From Eledone cirrhosa (lineage: Eukaryota), in NCBI GenBank assembly GCA_964016885.1, contig OZ024749.1, positions 43,400,001-43,464,000 of the forward strand: DNA of 64,000 bases, read 5' to 3'. The notes beneath the pieces were generated by a model. It searched no databases. It saw only the letters and a list, made by a program, of their open reading frames with translations, and had not been told where the DNA came from. The position numbers and the translations under genes were made by a program. This document shows positions 1 through 12,095 of this stretch, piece after piece (position 1 is the stretch's first letter; the number at the start of each line of letters is the position of its first letter).

Positions 1-489
1 CTATAGGAAGTTATTGGGGCAAAAAATAAGAAGAAAAAAAAGAAACACAAACGCAGAGAACACACCGAAAATGGAAACATGAAAAGCACATGTATGTATA
101 TGAACAACCGGAGACAGTGAGAGGGGGCGAAGTCAAAACCAGCTATAGGACTTGAGACCGAAGCTGTGTTGACGGTGAATTAGAGAGAGCGAAGAAAATA
201 GGTCTGACCTCTGCAAGAGTAGGCGAAAAAGAGGCAGGGGTGAGAGAAAAAGCGGAAGCAGCAGGATAGCTAGCAGAGAGGAGGAGAGTAAAATTGAGAG
301 GGAAAGAGAGAGGGTGGGAGAAAGAAAGAAAGGGAAATTGAAATACATTTTACAGGTATTACATCTAAAGAAACTGGAATGAAACAAGTTTTGTTGAGAA
401 TTCGCCCACCTAAGAATACCAGCAAATGTATTAGGAATTGCCCCAATTATTCTGAACCAATAACGAAAGATATTATTTAACTTGCCAAT

Positions 490-672
490 GGCGGTGGATT
501 GGCAGTATCGGTAGAGGGTCGGACGCCATGCTTTCCAGCATAGTTACGTCCCTTTACGATCTGAGTTCAAATCCCGCCGAGGTTGACTTTGCTTTCATCC
601 TTACGGGGTCGATAAAATAAAGTACCAGTAATGCACTGGGTAATTGCTGGCCTTGTGCCTAAAGTAGAAACA
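490..672 (+). mobile_element. tRNA-derived SINE family A, full-length short variant with 18-bp TSD
   Basis: A-box-like TGGCAGTATCGG, B-box GAGTTCAAATCC, core CTTTCATCCTTACGGGGTCGATAAAATAAAGTACCAG. Flanked by ATTATTTAACTTGC(C/T)AAT at 472-489 and 673-690. Many copies in the window. Confidence 0.92.
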
Positions 673-2270
673 ATTATTTAACTTGCTAATTGCTCAAGAA
701 ATAACAACGTCACTATTTTCTTCTCTCAGATAAGAGGCAAAGGCCCAAGAAGTTATACTTTAGGATCACCATTTCAATTAAACCTATGCAAATCTATGAA
801 CCTTGATAGGAAAAAAATATCGTTTCAATTCTTTTTATTGGAATAATTCTCTTTGTAGAAGTATCAGTGTTACAAATTCAGTTACATATTTTATGAATGT
901 CTGTTCTTATTCTGTAAACAAGAAATCAATATTTATACTAGAAACGCCTACGCCAATGATGTAATATTTCATCCATATTGAACATGATATTAGATAATAT
1001 ATATGTGATTATTTTACAGCATTACAACATATCAATAAGATCTAAAACTATGTTTGTGTGCTAAACATATCAGATAATTTTCGTGTTTTTGATTCCAAAG
1101 CAATAGGTGGTGAATTGGTAGAGCCGTTACGATGTTGCGTAGAAATTGCCTTGTGTTGTAAATTTTTTTTTTTCTCTGTTTTGCTTTCAAGTTCTAACGA
1201 AAGCATCGTTGCATTTAATCCTTTTGAAATCGATAAAAAAAAAAGCAAACAGTTCAGGTTAGAGGAATTGGCAGCTTTGTAAAAGTGTCTGACGAGTTGA
1301 TTTACGGTATATGTTCTGGCACTGGATAGCGTTAACATGTCTGCCAGAAGTTACTATCCACAGATATGTTCAGGAATGGAAGCATAGTTCCATGTGACGG
1401 TCGGTTGGCGCTTTTTCTTTATTTTGCCATATATAATGTAATGTAACCATGTAGTCAAAACTTGTAGACGCTTATAGGTTTTAGATCCCAAATACACACC
1501 CTCTATCGCGATCGCGTCCCTACGAATCTACAAGGAGTAAAGGGATAAAATATCAGTGTGTAATGCCATGGAAAGCTTGTTATAATGTAACACTAACAGG
1601 TCTGTGTTGTAGTTTACGATTACTATAAGACCATTGTCATAGCTCAAAGAGTCTCAAAATGTTAAAACAGAATGGGCAGCATTGCTTCTAAAGTACAGAC
1701 AAACTATATTGAAATTTTAACTGATACGACTTCAATAAAATAACAAAACAAAATGACTAACCCGATTTATTACACGCGAAGCATTATCATGAATATGTTG
1801 TATAACTTTTAGATTTTTTTCCTTGTTTTTCCTGAATTTTAAACGAATTTAATCGATTTTGTATATTTTCTTCCTTTTATAGGTTCGTTTCATTCCAGAA
1901 ATTCTGATTGAGGACGTGAATATATTTATTTTTATGTACAAACATTTCCATGTCAACAGAAGTAACCAAAACAATATATATTCGAGTAATTATTGCCAAT
2001 AATTATTTGAAACCAGACTAGTGTATCATAATGCACGTGAAAAACAGACGTGTAGTGTCAACTTTGTATAGATTATTGATACTAGATTTCCTGTTCAGAT
2101 AAATATAATTCAGATTTGACGAATAGTTGAAAATATTGAACAAAGGAAAAACTTTTCGGTGAATATTTCATCAATGTTCAATAACTTTATGAGAAATCTT
2201 ATTGAAGTTAATTTCTATGGACAAGGCATTATAGCCGATAGAGAAATGATCATCTGTGTTATAATTGTTA

Positions 2271-2412
2271 GGACAGTGGATTGGCAGTATGAGACGGGTG
2301 TTGGGCGATATGCTTTGCGGGATATAGTTACGCCCTTTGACGTTCTGAGTTCAAATATTTGCCGTGGTTAGCGTTACATCTCATCCTTACGGAGTCGATA
2401 AAGGCGAGTACA
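2271..2412 (+). mobile_element. SINE family A, diverged and 3'-incomplete
   Basis: TGGATTGGCAGTAT head, CTGAGTTCAAAT and TCATCCTTACGGAGTCGATAAA match the 490-672 copy. Confidence 0.8.
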
Positions 2413-2425
2413 CATAAAACACTGC

Positions 2426-2551
2426 AGAAGAAGAAGAAGAAGAAGAAGAAGAAGAAGAAGAAGAAGAAGAAGAAGAAGAAGAAGAAGAAGAAGAAGAAGA
2501 AGAAGAAGAAGAAGAAGAAGAAGAAGAAGAAGAAGAAGAAGAAGAAGAAGA
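2426..2551. repeat. (GAA)n microsatellite
   Basis: Perfect run of about 42 units; explains the poly-K/F/L ORFs. Confidence 0.98.
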
Positions 2552-2783
2552 TCAACTACAACAACAACAACCGTATTAACAGCAACAGAAACAAACAAAA
2601 ACAATAGCGAAACGTATGAAATACAAATGGATAGCACTTTGGTAAATAGGATTCCACTTTTACCTTGAGCAAGTTCCATTATTCCACATAACAGTTGCTA
2701 TATCAGCACAAGGTTAAACGAAAATATTTTAATCATTAAAGATTCTAACTACACTATTGCAAGCAAGCGAACGCAGACACGAT

Positions 2784-2809
2784 TTGGGCATATATATATA
2801 TATACATGT

Positions 2810-2864
<55 letters not shown>

Positions 2865-2908
2865 TTGTTGGGTATATATATACATGTTGGGCATATATAT
2901 ATACATGT

Positions 2909-2939
<31 letters not shown>

Positions 2940-3060
2940 GCTTGATGGGTATATATATATATACATGTTGGGCATGTATATATACACACATGTTGGGCAT
3001 ATGTATACACATACATGTTGGGCATATGTATACATACATGTTGGGCATATATATACACAC
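2784..3060. repeat. Minisatellite of TACATGTTGGGCAT motifs separated by variable (TA)n/(CA)n
   Basis: Repeated CATGTTG(GGCAT/TGT) motifs, roughly 10 including variants. Confidence 0.8.
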
Positions 3061-3107
3061 AAGTATATGTGATTGTGTGTTTGTCGACGAGGCTCTAAGT
3101 GGTGTAC

Positions 3108-3143
<36 letters not shown>

Positions 3144-3195
3144 ATATATGTATGTGTATGTGTCTGTGTGTATTATATATATATATGTGTGTGTG

Positions 3196-3238
<43 letters not shown>

Positions 3239-3350
3239 ATGTATGTGTGCGTGTCCGTGTGTATTATATATATATATATGTGTGTGTGTGTATGTATATA
3301 TATATATATATGTGTGTGTGTGTATATATATATATTTATATTTATATATT

Positions 3351-3385
<35 letters not shown>

Positions 3386-3983
3386 GGAGGGATGTGTGTG
3401 TGTGTGTGTGTGTGTGTGTAACACTATATCACCATATTACGTTAAAAGAAAAGCAATTCATTCCACACAAGATTAGATGAAAAAGAGTAATATCGGAATT
3501 AGACATTTCTAAAGCGATGAAAAATAAATATCTTCTTAATGTTCCAATATGAGCTATAAAATTGCATTGCATTTCACAATGTCTACATATACATACATTT
3601 GTACATATATCTACCTACATATACATATATATACATGCATATAGATATATTTACAGGCATGTACATATATGTACATACATTTACATACATGCATATATAT
3701 ATATATACTTGCATATATTCCACATATCTACAGGCATATACATATGTGTACATACATGCATATATATATATATATATACTTGCATATAGATATATATACA
3801 GGCATATACATATGTGTACATGCATATTCATATATATACAGGCGATAAACACATTTGTACATACAAATATATGCATATACTTATATATGTACACATATAC
3901 ATATATATATATCATGTAAATATATGTATATATATATGTATGTACAGCCGACCATGTTATTCTTCACTCTTTCACTATATATA

Positions 3984-4029
<46 letters not shown>

Positions 4030-4030
<1 letters not shown>

Positions 4031-4163
4031 TGTTTCTACTATTGGCACAAGGCCAGCAATTACCCAGTACATTACTGGTATTTTATTTTATCGACCCCGT
4101 AAGGATGAAAGGCAAAGTTAACCTCGGTGGGATTTGAACTCAGAATACTGCCAATTCACCGCC
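4030..4163 (-). mobile_element. SINE family A with internal deletion
   Basis: Reverse complement of the 490-672 copy; the segment between A and B boxes is missing (CTCAGA joined to ATACTGCC); (TAA)n tail. Confidence 0.9.
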
Positions 4164-4190
4164 CTTATATATAATAATAATAATAATAAT

Positions 4191-4398
4191 AAAGTATATA
4201 TCCCTACACGCAAAAAGCGTCTAGGGACACATGTATTGTCCAACCATATGCCAATGTGAGTTTATCTTTTCAATGGAAGGCCGCAAGGACTGTCCATTTA
4301 TTTTTGAGACTCGAAACCGATCCGGCAAAGGTAACCATAGTGAGTACAGGGAATTTTTTAAAATTTTTTTGAAACTTTTTCTTATTTCCTAAACCTTG

Positions 4399-4401
<3 letters not shown>
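4191..4401 (+). mobile_element. Penelope-like pseudo-LTR remnant, family P7, collapsed copy
   Basis: 4191-4259 is the reverse complement of 7276-7343; 4258-4401 matches 7575-7719 (hammerhead 3' part plus tail). Ends in (TA)n. Confidence 0.75.
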
Positions 4402-4448
<47 letters not shown>

Positions 4449-4450
<2 letters not shown>

Positions 4451-4654
4451 AACGAGTAGAACCCCGACGGCTGATCTCAAGCCGTTTCGACGGCTAATTC
4501 TGGACTAAATTGATTTAGTCCAGAATTAGCCGTCGAAACGGCTTGAGGTCAACCGTCGGAGTCCTACTCGTTCCTATTACCCACTCTACTACCCTAAGTA
4601 TTGAGTATTTTGGTGCGTTATAGTTCACCTGGTTCCTTACCACATTTCCTCCGT

Positions 4655-4655
<1 letters not shown>
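4449..4655 (+). mobile_element. Hairpin-plus-tail element family P1 (Penelope-like), in (TA)n
   Basis: About 60-bp inverted arms spanning 4447-4576 plus an 80-bp unique tail. Six copies in the window, all (TA)n-flanked. Confidence 0.8.
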
Positions 4656-4681
<26 letters not shown>

Positions 4682-4686
<5 letters not shown>

Positions 4687-4956
4687 TAAGGTAATGAATT
4701 CTTTTACAATGGAATTAGCTCGAAGGAGGAAAATACCCCTGAGCCGTGTATAAACTAATATATATGATGAAACACAGATACCAACACATCTGTATATATA
4801 TTGCAAAAGAAAATTCTTTTGCAATATATATACAGATGTGTTGGTATAAAATATATATATACAGATGTGTTGGTATAAAAAATATATATACAGATGTGTT
4901 GGTATAAAATTCTTTTGCAATATATATACAGATGTGTTGGTATCTGTGTTTCATCA
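4682..4956 (-). mobile_element. Hairpin-plus-tail element family P6 with internal reiterations
   Basis: TGATGAAACACAGATACCAACACATCTGTATATATATTGCAAAAGAA (4765-4811) has an inverted copy ending at 4956. Unique 80-bp tail at 4682-4764; (TA)n on both sides. Confidence 0.6.
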
Positions 4957-4976
4957 ATATATATATATATATATAC

Positions 4977-5020
<44 letters not shown>

Positions 5021-5064
5021 CAGACATATACATATATACAGAAATACAGTATATATACAGTTTA

Positions 5065-5242
5065 GGTGATTCAGTGATTTACTAGTGGTGATACCAATAT
5101 ATGCACTCGGTGCACAGACAGTGTATCAATTAAGAAAAAGCGATGAAGTTTCGAAACTTCATCGCTTTTACTTAGTATAAAAACACTGTCTGTGCATCAC
5201 GTGCTTATATTGGTACCAGCACTAGTAAATCACTGAATCACC
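5065..5242. repeat. About 180-bp imperfect spacer-less palindrome (P3)
   Basis: GGTGATTCAGTGATTTACTAGTG ... CACTAGTAAATCACTGAATCACC, centred on AAGTTTCGAAACTT at about 5152. Confidence 0.9.
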
Positions 5243-5400
5243 AATCCATCTCCCTCTCACTCTCTCTCTTCATCTCCCTTAATCGCCTACACACACACTC
5301 TCCCTATATATATATATTAATGTTGGTGCTCTGAAATAGCGATGCATAGTATATAGCAACGTATTTATAGTATATTATCAAATATACTATACATACATTC

Positions 5401-5502
<102 letters not shown>

Positions 5503-5586
5503 TTATACATATATATATTTATACATATACATATATATGTGTGTGTGTGCGTTTGCAATATATATATATATATATATATGCATCAA

Positions 5587-5638
<52 letters not shown>

Positions 5639-6386
5639 GCATACATATTTACACATTTCTTTTGTCCGTCTATAGATGTGGATCATATTGTTTATTATAA
5701 TGCCCTTCCATTGATGCCGTGTGACTTACTCTTTAGATGTTTGAACATTTTATTAAAGATTATTTTCCCAGGCTGTTTGTTTTCCCCATCCGTTCTGCAA
5801 AATATCTATCTACATTCTTTTTCTATCATGTTTCATCCGAGCAGTTTAAAGAGAATTTGTTTATTAAAATAATCAAATAAACGTCTTTTATAATATATAT
5901 AACGTGTTTTGTTAAACAGCTTTGTTTCAGTAAACAATAAACAACGTACATGCGTTAAGAAAAAAATAAATACATCGTCTCCATGTTTAATCATAAAACA
6001 TAAGCTAACTTATATATTGCTTTTTTTGTCATACAGTACTACATTATTCAGTTATTGCGTGCATTGCGTTGTTGTCGAAAATGCAATTTTCCAATATGCA
6101 TCTATATATTCTTTTTATGTTTATGATTATATAATGAATGGATATTAATAAAATCTATAATCGTCTTTCTATTAAAATAATTTAATAAATTTATTGCGAC
6201 TTCAGTAAATGTAAAGAGCGTGGCTTTGGGGATTATACACTATTACTTTCATAGACAATCACGCACATTCATAACTCATAAACATATTTGTGTATAATGT
6301 AATTATGTATATATCAATGTATATTTATATATATATATATCTACATTCACACACTCACACAAATACGTATATATATGGCTGTGGGC

Positions 6387-6418
<32 letters not shown>

Positions 6419-6422
<4 letters not shown>

Positions 6423-6785
6423 TAAAATAACAGATTAAAGTTTAAGCAAAGAATCGCTGCTTTCACCCTTAACGGGATCTTCTGAAACTAACAAAGTCAA
6501 TCTGTAAACGCAGAACTGGATATTTCAAAAACCGTTGCAACCGGAGGAAGACGGGAAGACGATACTTTGGTTCGTGGTAACGTTCGCTATGCAAATAAGT
6601 TCTGCGTTTACAGATTGACTTTGTTAGTTTCAGAAGATCCCGTTAAGGGTGAAAGCAGCGATTCTATGCTTAAACTTTAATCTGTTATTTTAATAAATAT
6701 TTACTCTACGGTTCTTATATATTTGATATATATTTTCCTTATCGAGCCCTCTTTGGATTTCAGTCTTCAATTTTATTATTATTAT

Positions 6786-6788
<3 letters not shown>
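6419..6788 (+). mobile_element. Hairpin-plus-tail element family P2 (Penelope-like), most complete copy
   Basis: 103-bp arms at 6415-6517 and 6598-6700 with one mismatch, 80-bp loop, about 90-bp tail, (TA)n flanks. Related copies at 16859, 35897, 42415 and 47540. Confidence 0.8.
6626..6676 (+). ncRNA. Type I hammerhead-like fold with variant core (U4A)
   Basis: Stem I AGUUU/AAACU; core CAGAAGA; stem II U-CCC[GUUAA]GGG-U; GAAA; stem III AGCA/UGCU; cleavage triplet CUU. Confidence 0.6.
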
Positions 6789-6883
<95 letters not shown>

Positions 6884-6916
6884 GTGGAATCCGGTTGTAA
6901 ATTGGGCGTTGGTCGC

Positions 6917-6963
6917 TTTCCTGGTGATTCCCTACGGGTGAAACAGTTCTCGTGCCGTAGAAG
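6917..6963 (+). ncRNA. Near-canonical type I hammerhead (A6G), family P8
   Basis: Stem I UUUC/GAAG; CUGGUGA; stem II U-UCC[CUAC]GGG-U; GAAA; stem III AC..GU; triplet GUA. About 75-nt tail into (TA)n. Confidence 0.5.
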
Positions 6964-7032
6964 TCATTTCTATAACAAAAATATATATATAAACATTTAA
7001 CGTTACTGTCTCAACCTGTACATCTTTATATC

Positions 7033-7097
<65 letters not shown>

Positions 7098-7114
7098 CAT
7101 ATATATATATATAT

Positions 7115-7719
7115 AGTATATATCCCTACACGCAAAACACGAATAGGGACTCATGTATTATCCAACCATAGTAAGTACAGTGAATTTTTTGAAATCTGTT
7201 TTGAAACTTTTTCTTATTTGCTAAACCTTGATTATATATGTTCTGGCTCGTTAATTTATTAACCTGCCATTGAACCACATTGGCATATGTTTGGGTAATA
7301 CATGTGTCCCTATTCGTTTTTTGCATGTAGGGATATATACTTTATTATTATTAATCTCCCCTTGGTTGAGATGAAATTTGGTCGTTTGACTATTGCTAGT
7401 TATAGTGGTAGTAGATTGACCTCCCTGCCTCTGCCTCCTATCTTTGCACACGGCACTGGACAGAATTGCTCCCACATCATTCATTCCCATCTCGGGAACA
7501 ATTTTGAATAGCGCCAGTTCGTAATTTGAACTCGGGAATTTTATATTCTCCGAGTGAAAAGAACCTTCTGACGAGAGTTTATCTTTTCAATGGAAGCCCG
7601 CAAGGACTATCCATTTATTTTTGAGACTCGAAACCGATTCGGTAAAGGTAACCATAGTAAGTACAGTGAATTTTTTGAATTTTATTTTGAAACTTTTTCT
7701 TATTTGCTAAACCTTGATT
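7115..7719 (+). mobile_element. Penelope-like remnant family P7: collapsed unit 7115-7233 followed by longer unit 7234-7719
   Basis: 7115-7170 is inverted relative to about 7285-7341. The tail AACCATAGTAAGTACAG...AAACCTTGATTA is present twice. Contains an intact hammerhead; (TA)n flanks. Confidence 0.78.
7563..7649 (+). ncRNA. Type I hammerhead ribozyme, canonical core
   Basis: Stem I ACCUU/AAGGU; CUGACGA 7568-7574; stem II GAGUUU/AGACUC with a long structured loop; GAAA 7630-7633; stem III ACCG[AUU]CGGU; cleavage triplet GUA, cut after 7644. Confidence 0.88.
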
Positions 7720-8220
7720 ACATATATATACATATATATATATATATTTGATTTGCAAGGTACAAAAGTTGCATATATGTTTCTTAAATATGATTGAATA
7801 ATATCGGGATTGCTCCATGTATTCTCATGTGAGCACATATCGATAAAAGAGATAAAGTAATTTCGAAGCTGAACGAGTAACATTATTGATGTGCTTCAGC
7901 AACAGGATTAGTTTACACTATTATCACTGTTATGTTGAGGTCTTAATTAAGATATTACATTTCCCCCTAGCTTCACGCTATTTCTATTATATTGTTTCAT
8001 TGTTAACAGAAGAAAAAGATTATCGCCACACCCAAACAATCATGTTAATTAACTATAGTACCTAATCAAAGGAGATGACGAGGTATAACTACAAGCCAGA
8101 GAATTACATAATGAATAGGACAGGCGCTTCTATTGTAGCCAACTAGGCAGTCGTCATGGACGCTTGCATCAAAGCGGCGCATTACTAAACCTAAAGGAGT
8201 CATACTGTTATAAACATACA

Positions 8221-8408
8221 GGGTGGTAGTTTGGCAATATCGCTAGAGCGTCAGACACCATGCTTTGCAGCATAAAATTATAGCCCCTTACGTTCTAAGT
8301 TCAAATCCGCCGAAGTTAACTTTGCCTTTCATCCTTACAAGGACGATAAAGTAAAGTACCAGTAATGCAGTGGGGTAATTGCTGGCCTTGTACCAAAAGT
8401 AGAAACGT
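8221..8408 (+). mobile_element. SINE family A with 11-bp TSD
   Basis: Homologous to 490-672; TTATAAACATA at 8208-8218 and 8409-8419. Confidence 0.88.
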
Positions 8409-8420
8409 TTATAAACATAT

Positions 8421-8482
8421 ACTCTTTTACTCTTTTACCTGTTTCAGCCATCCGGCTGAGGCCATGCTGGGGCACCACCCTT
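8421..8482 (-). mobile_element. 3' tail fragment of SINE family B
   Basis: CTCTTTTACCTGTTTCAGCCATCCGGCTGAGGCCATGCTGGGGCACC is similar to the reverse complement of 36155-36210. Confidence 0.7.
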
Positions 8483-8898
8483 GTATAATTAAATTAAATA
8501 TGTAATCATGACCAGCAATCAAATGCATATTTGAGTGTAACTGGTGTCATGATAAAATTCCCATAACATTTCCATACATTTAGAATTGTTTGTGTGTATA
8601 TTTGCCTGTGTTTATATATGTGTGTGTGTTTAAACATATGTATATATACATATTAACTTAAATCTGCCTTCCGAACAAGTCAAATCCGATCGATCTCTCA
8701 TAGGGCTACTCCATTGGTAATGAGTTTTTAAACTCGAAAATATTTGGGATTATTAAATTTGCTAAGGTAAGATACTTTTGTTATCTTAGCAATTTTAATT
8801 ATATTTCTAGTGCATTGTCTGGTTTTCAAAATTATTTAAATTTATGTTTTTTATTCAACAATACTTCAATCAACCTACAATACTCTGTTATATATATT

Positions 8899-8965
<67 letters not shown>

Positions 8966-9167
8966 ATACATGTATGTGAATTTCGTCTATTTAAAGATAT
9001 ACGGTATGTTTAATGTTTAATAAATAAACACTTTGAACGCACAGCTATGAATATTGAAAGGCTGACGCCCAGAGCCGTCTAGCGGATTCCAGTAGAAGCT
9101 GTATACATATATGTATACATGCCTGTTCTACTCTGAGTTACCCAAATATATGTGTTATTTTATATAT

Positions 9168-9216
<49 letters not shown>

Positions 9217-9651
9217 CGTGTGTGTGTGTTTCTATTGCATATTCGAAGAACCAAGTCTGCGCATACGTACGTGCAAAGACTTGTGTGCACATGTGAGTAT
9301 ATTTGCACGCACAACGACATATGTCTCCATGTGTCTGACTGAGAATGTCCGTGTTTGTGCGTATATATAGATTTATATACATGTCTGTGTTTTTAAATCA
9401 GTGTTCTCTGTCTATCAGCTGTATTTCTAATTAAGAGATGGGATTCTTTCCCAGCTTACATTTCTTCAACTTTCTAAAGAGATAAAAAAAATATTTCCAA
9501 ATCATTTTATAATATTTTTTTCCCAACATTACGTCTAATGTTTAAATTTAATACATTTTTTTTTTCCATCAACTTCCTTTTGTAAGTTTCTTCTATTGTC
9601 GTGACTGCAGCTTTCTCTCTAATTATCCTTATCAGCATCATTATATATATA

Positions 9652-9740
9652 GAGGGTGTCCCCAAAAAATGTATACTTATTGTATATTTATTTTTATTTG
9701 AATGTTGTTGAAGTGTGTATACATTTTTCGCAACACCCTG
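9652..9740. mobile_element. Tc1/mariner-type mini MITE (CAGGGTGT termini)
   Basis: Imperfect TIRs GAGGGTGTCCCCAAAAAATGTATAC / GTATACATTTTTCGCAACACCCTG, TA flanks; second copy at 49782. Confidence 0.75.
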
Positions 9741-9853
9741 TATATGTATGTATATGTGTGTGTATGTGTGTACGTATGTCTGCATGTGCGAATATGTAAA
9801 TATATGAATGTTTATATATATTATGTATATATATATTTATATATATATATGTG

Positions 9854-9952
<99 letters not shown>

Positions 9953-11396
9953 TATATATATGTATAGAGAGATATTGAGAAAGTGTGGGCTTGTGTGTGA
10001 AAGGTCAACGGAACAAAATCAACAGAAGTGGAAAAATACAGTACAATGATGATGTATATTAGTTTAACACTTGTAGGAAAAGAGCCTTAATGTTTCGGAT
10101 GGTAGGGCGACATCGGAAGAAAGGGTGAGAGATTGAGAGACTGAAAAAGAAATAGGACAGACACGAAACAGAGGAAACAGAGTTTTAAAAGGAGGACAGC
10201 AAGTGCGTGGCTTGTCGACTATATCAATAATCCCCCTTCTCTCTCCCACACACACACACATATATATATTTATATATTTTTATATTTATATATTATACGT
10301 GTTTGTATATGTATCTATGTTTGCTTGATTAAGGGAATAACTTTCTCGGTATCTTGGTCAAGTCAAGTGCTTTGCTTTTACCATAGTTTCGGATTGAGCC
10401 AATTCTTAAGGGCGAAATTGGGTAGATGAAAACAGATTAAATCTCTTTAGTTGAGCGAACGTGTAATTACCATTGCCATGCTTATCACATACTCCCACGC
10501 TGATTCTGCCAGACAGAGGATTACATCAATGACATAAATGTATGGCAAAGACTCAACTCATATAGCTCTGTAATAATTTTCTACTTTTTGCCCTAGGCCA
10601 TCAATTATCCCAGCTCTATTATAATTCAATGAATAGTTAGTTTTGTTGATCGTTGGAACTGACGAAGGAAAAAATTAATGTCTGTATTCATAAATGTATA
10701 GGTGTGTAAGTCTTCGTGTTTCTTAGTACTTTAAATATTTGGTTATATTCACTACATTTGCTGTAATGTTCATTGCACATTTTTTCATACAATTGTGTAT
10801 GCACAAAGGCTTCTAAATCTCTTTAAAAGCAATCATTTGTATAAATATGTACATGTGCTGATTTAGTATTTACCAGGCAAAGATAATTAATTCACGTTTC
10901 TGAAAAAAAAAATCAATATGAAGACTTAGATGTTATTGTTATCTAGTCGTATGCTGTTGTAGAAATCGATTTTGTTTTTAATAATCCGCTCCTGTGGATG
11001 TAGTTCAAATTTATATGTAATTTACATGAGTTATATAAAGTTACAGACGAGGTATGTTTAAGCGAGCGACGGTCATGTGTTCTGTCTCATTAATAAGATT
11101 TTATAGCAGTTGGCCAATAATAAATTTAGAAGTAGGTGATGTGAATGAGAAAGTGGATATTCAGCTGTTATCTTCGAATAGAATTTCCATCGTAGATATA
11201 AGCTGTTAATATAGATCTAAGCTAGCGATGTTACAATAAGTCATACTTAGTTATTTGTATTCTCTGACAATGTAAGTAAGGGAATATTCACCTAAATGCC
11301 TAGGAGAAACGCCTGGATTTAATGGCGGGGCAAAGACAAATGACATATTGCACATTTTTATACTATTGCAAATATACAACACATACGTGAGGAAAT

Positions 11397-11585
11397 CGTG
11401 ATTTGGAGGATGATCAAATCTTATTGTAAACATGGAAATCCCTTCAATTTCGGATTCAAAATGTTTCAAAATCATCACAATTATCTAAAATTCGTAAACA
11501 CTTTCTCTACATATATATTAAACAAGTAGAATTTCTTGATACTGCTGCAATATTCTCTAAGGTTTATAATATTATTATGGACTAG
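11397..11585 (+). pseudogene. Possible heavily decayed Penelope-type reverse transcriptase fragment
   Basis: Across frameshifts it reads RDLEDDQILL / CKHGNPFNFGFKMFQNHHNYLKFVNTFS / KQVEFLDT, resembling in order and spacing RYxDD..W.HG..N..H..IKF..S..FLD. Confidence 0.4.
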
Positions 11586-11699
11586 ATTGACCCCAGTATA
11601 TTACTCGTACATTATTTTTATCGGCCCCGTAGGGTGAAAGGCGAAGCTAACCCCGACATGATTTAAACTCCATTCGGAAAGGTCCGTGAATCACTGTAC

Positions 11700-11963
<264 letters not shown>

Positions 11964-11986
11964 ATAATAATAAAAAAAACTAATAA

Positions 11987-12095
11987 TTGTTTCTACTTTA
12001 GGCACAAGACCAGCAATTACCCAGTGCATTACTGGTACTTTATTTTATCGACCCCGTAAGGATGAAAGGCAAAGTCAACCTCGGCGGGATTTGAA
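11987..12095 (-). mobile_element. SINE family A, 5'-truncated
   Basis: Reverse complement of the 3' part, from the B-box to AGTAGAAACAA, with a (TTA)n-like tail. Confidence 0.9.

Noticed and set aside
490-672. tRNA genes at A/B-box motifs
   Set aside because: No cloverleaf; the boxes are followed by a SINE core and tail and flanked by TSDs.
2328-3480. Poly-K, poly-F, poly-L and IY/VC-repeat ORFs (and similar ORFs window-wide)
   Set aside because: Translations of microsatellites, open in several frames at once.
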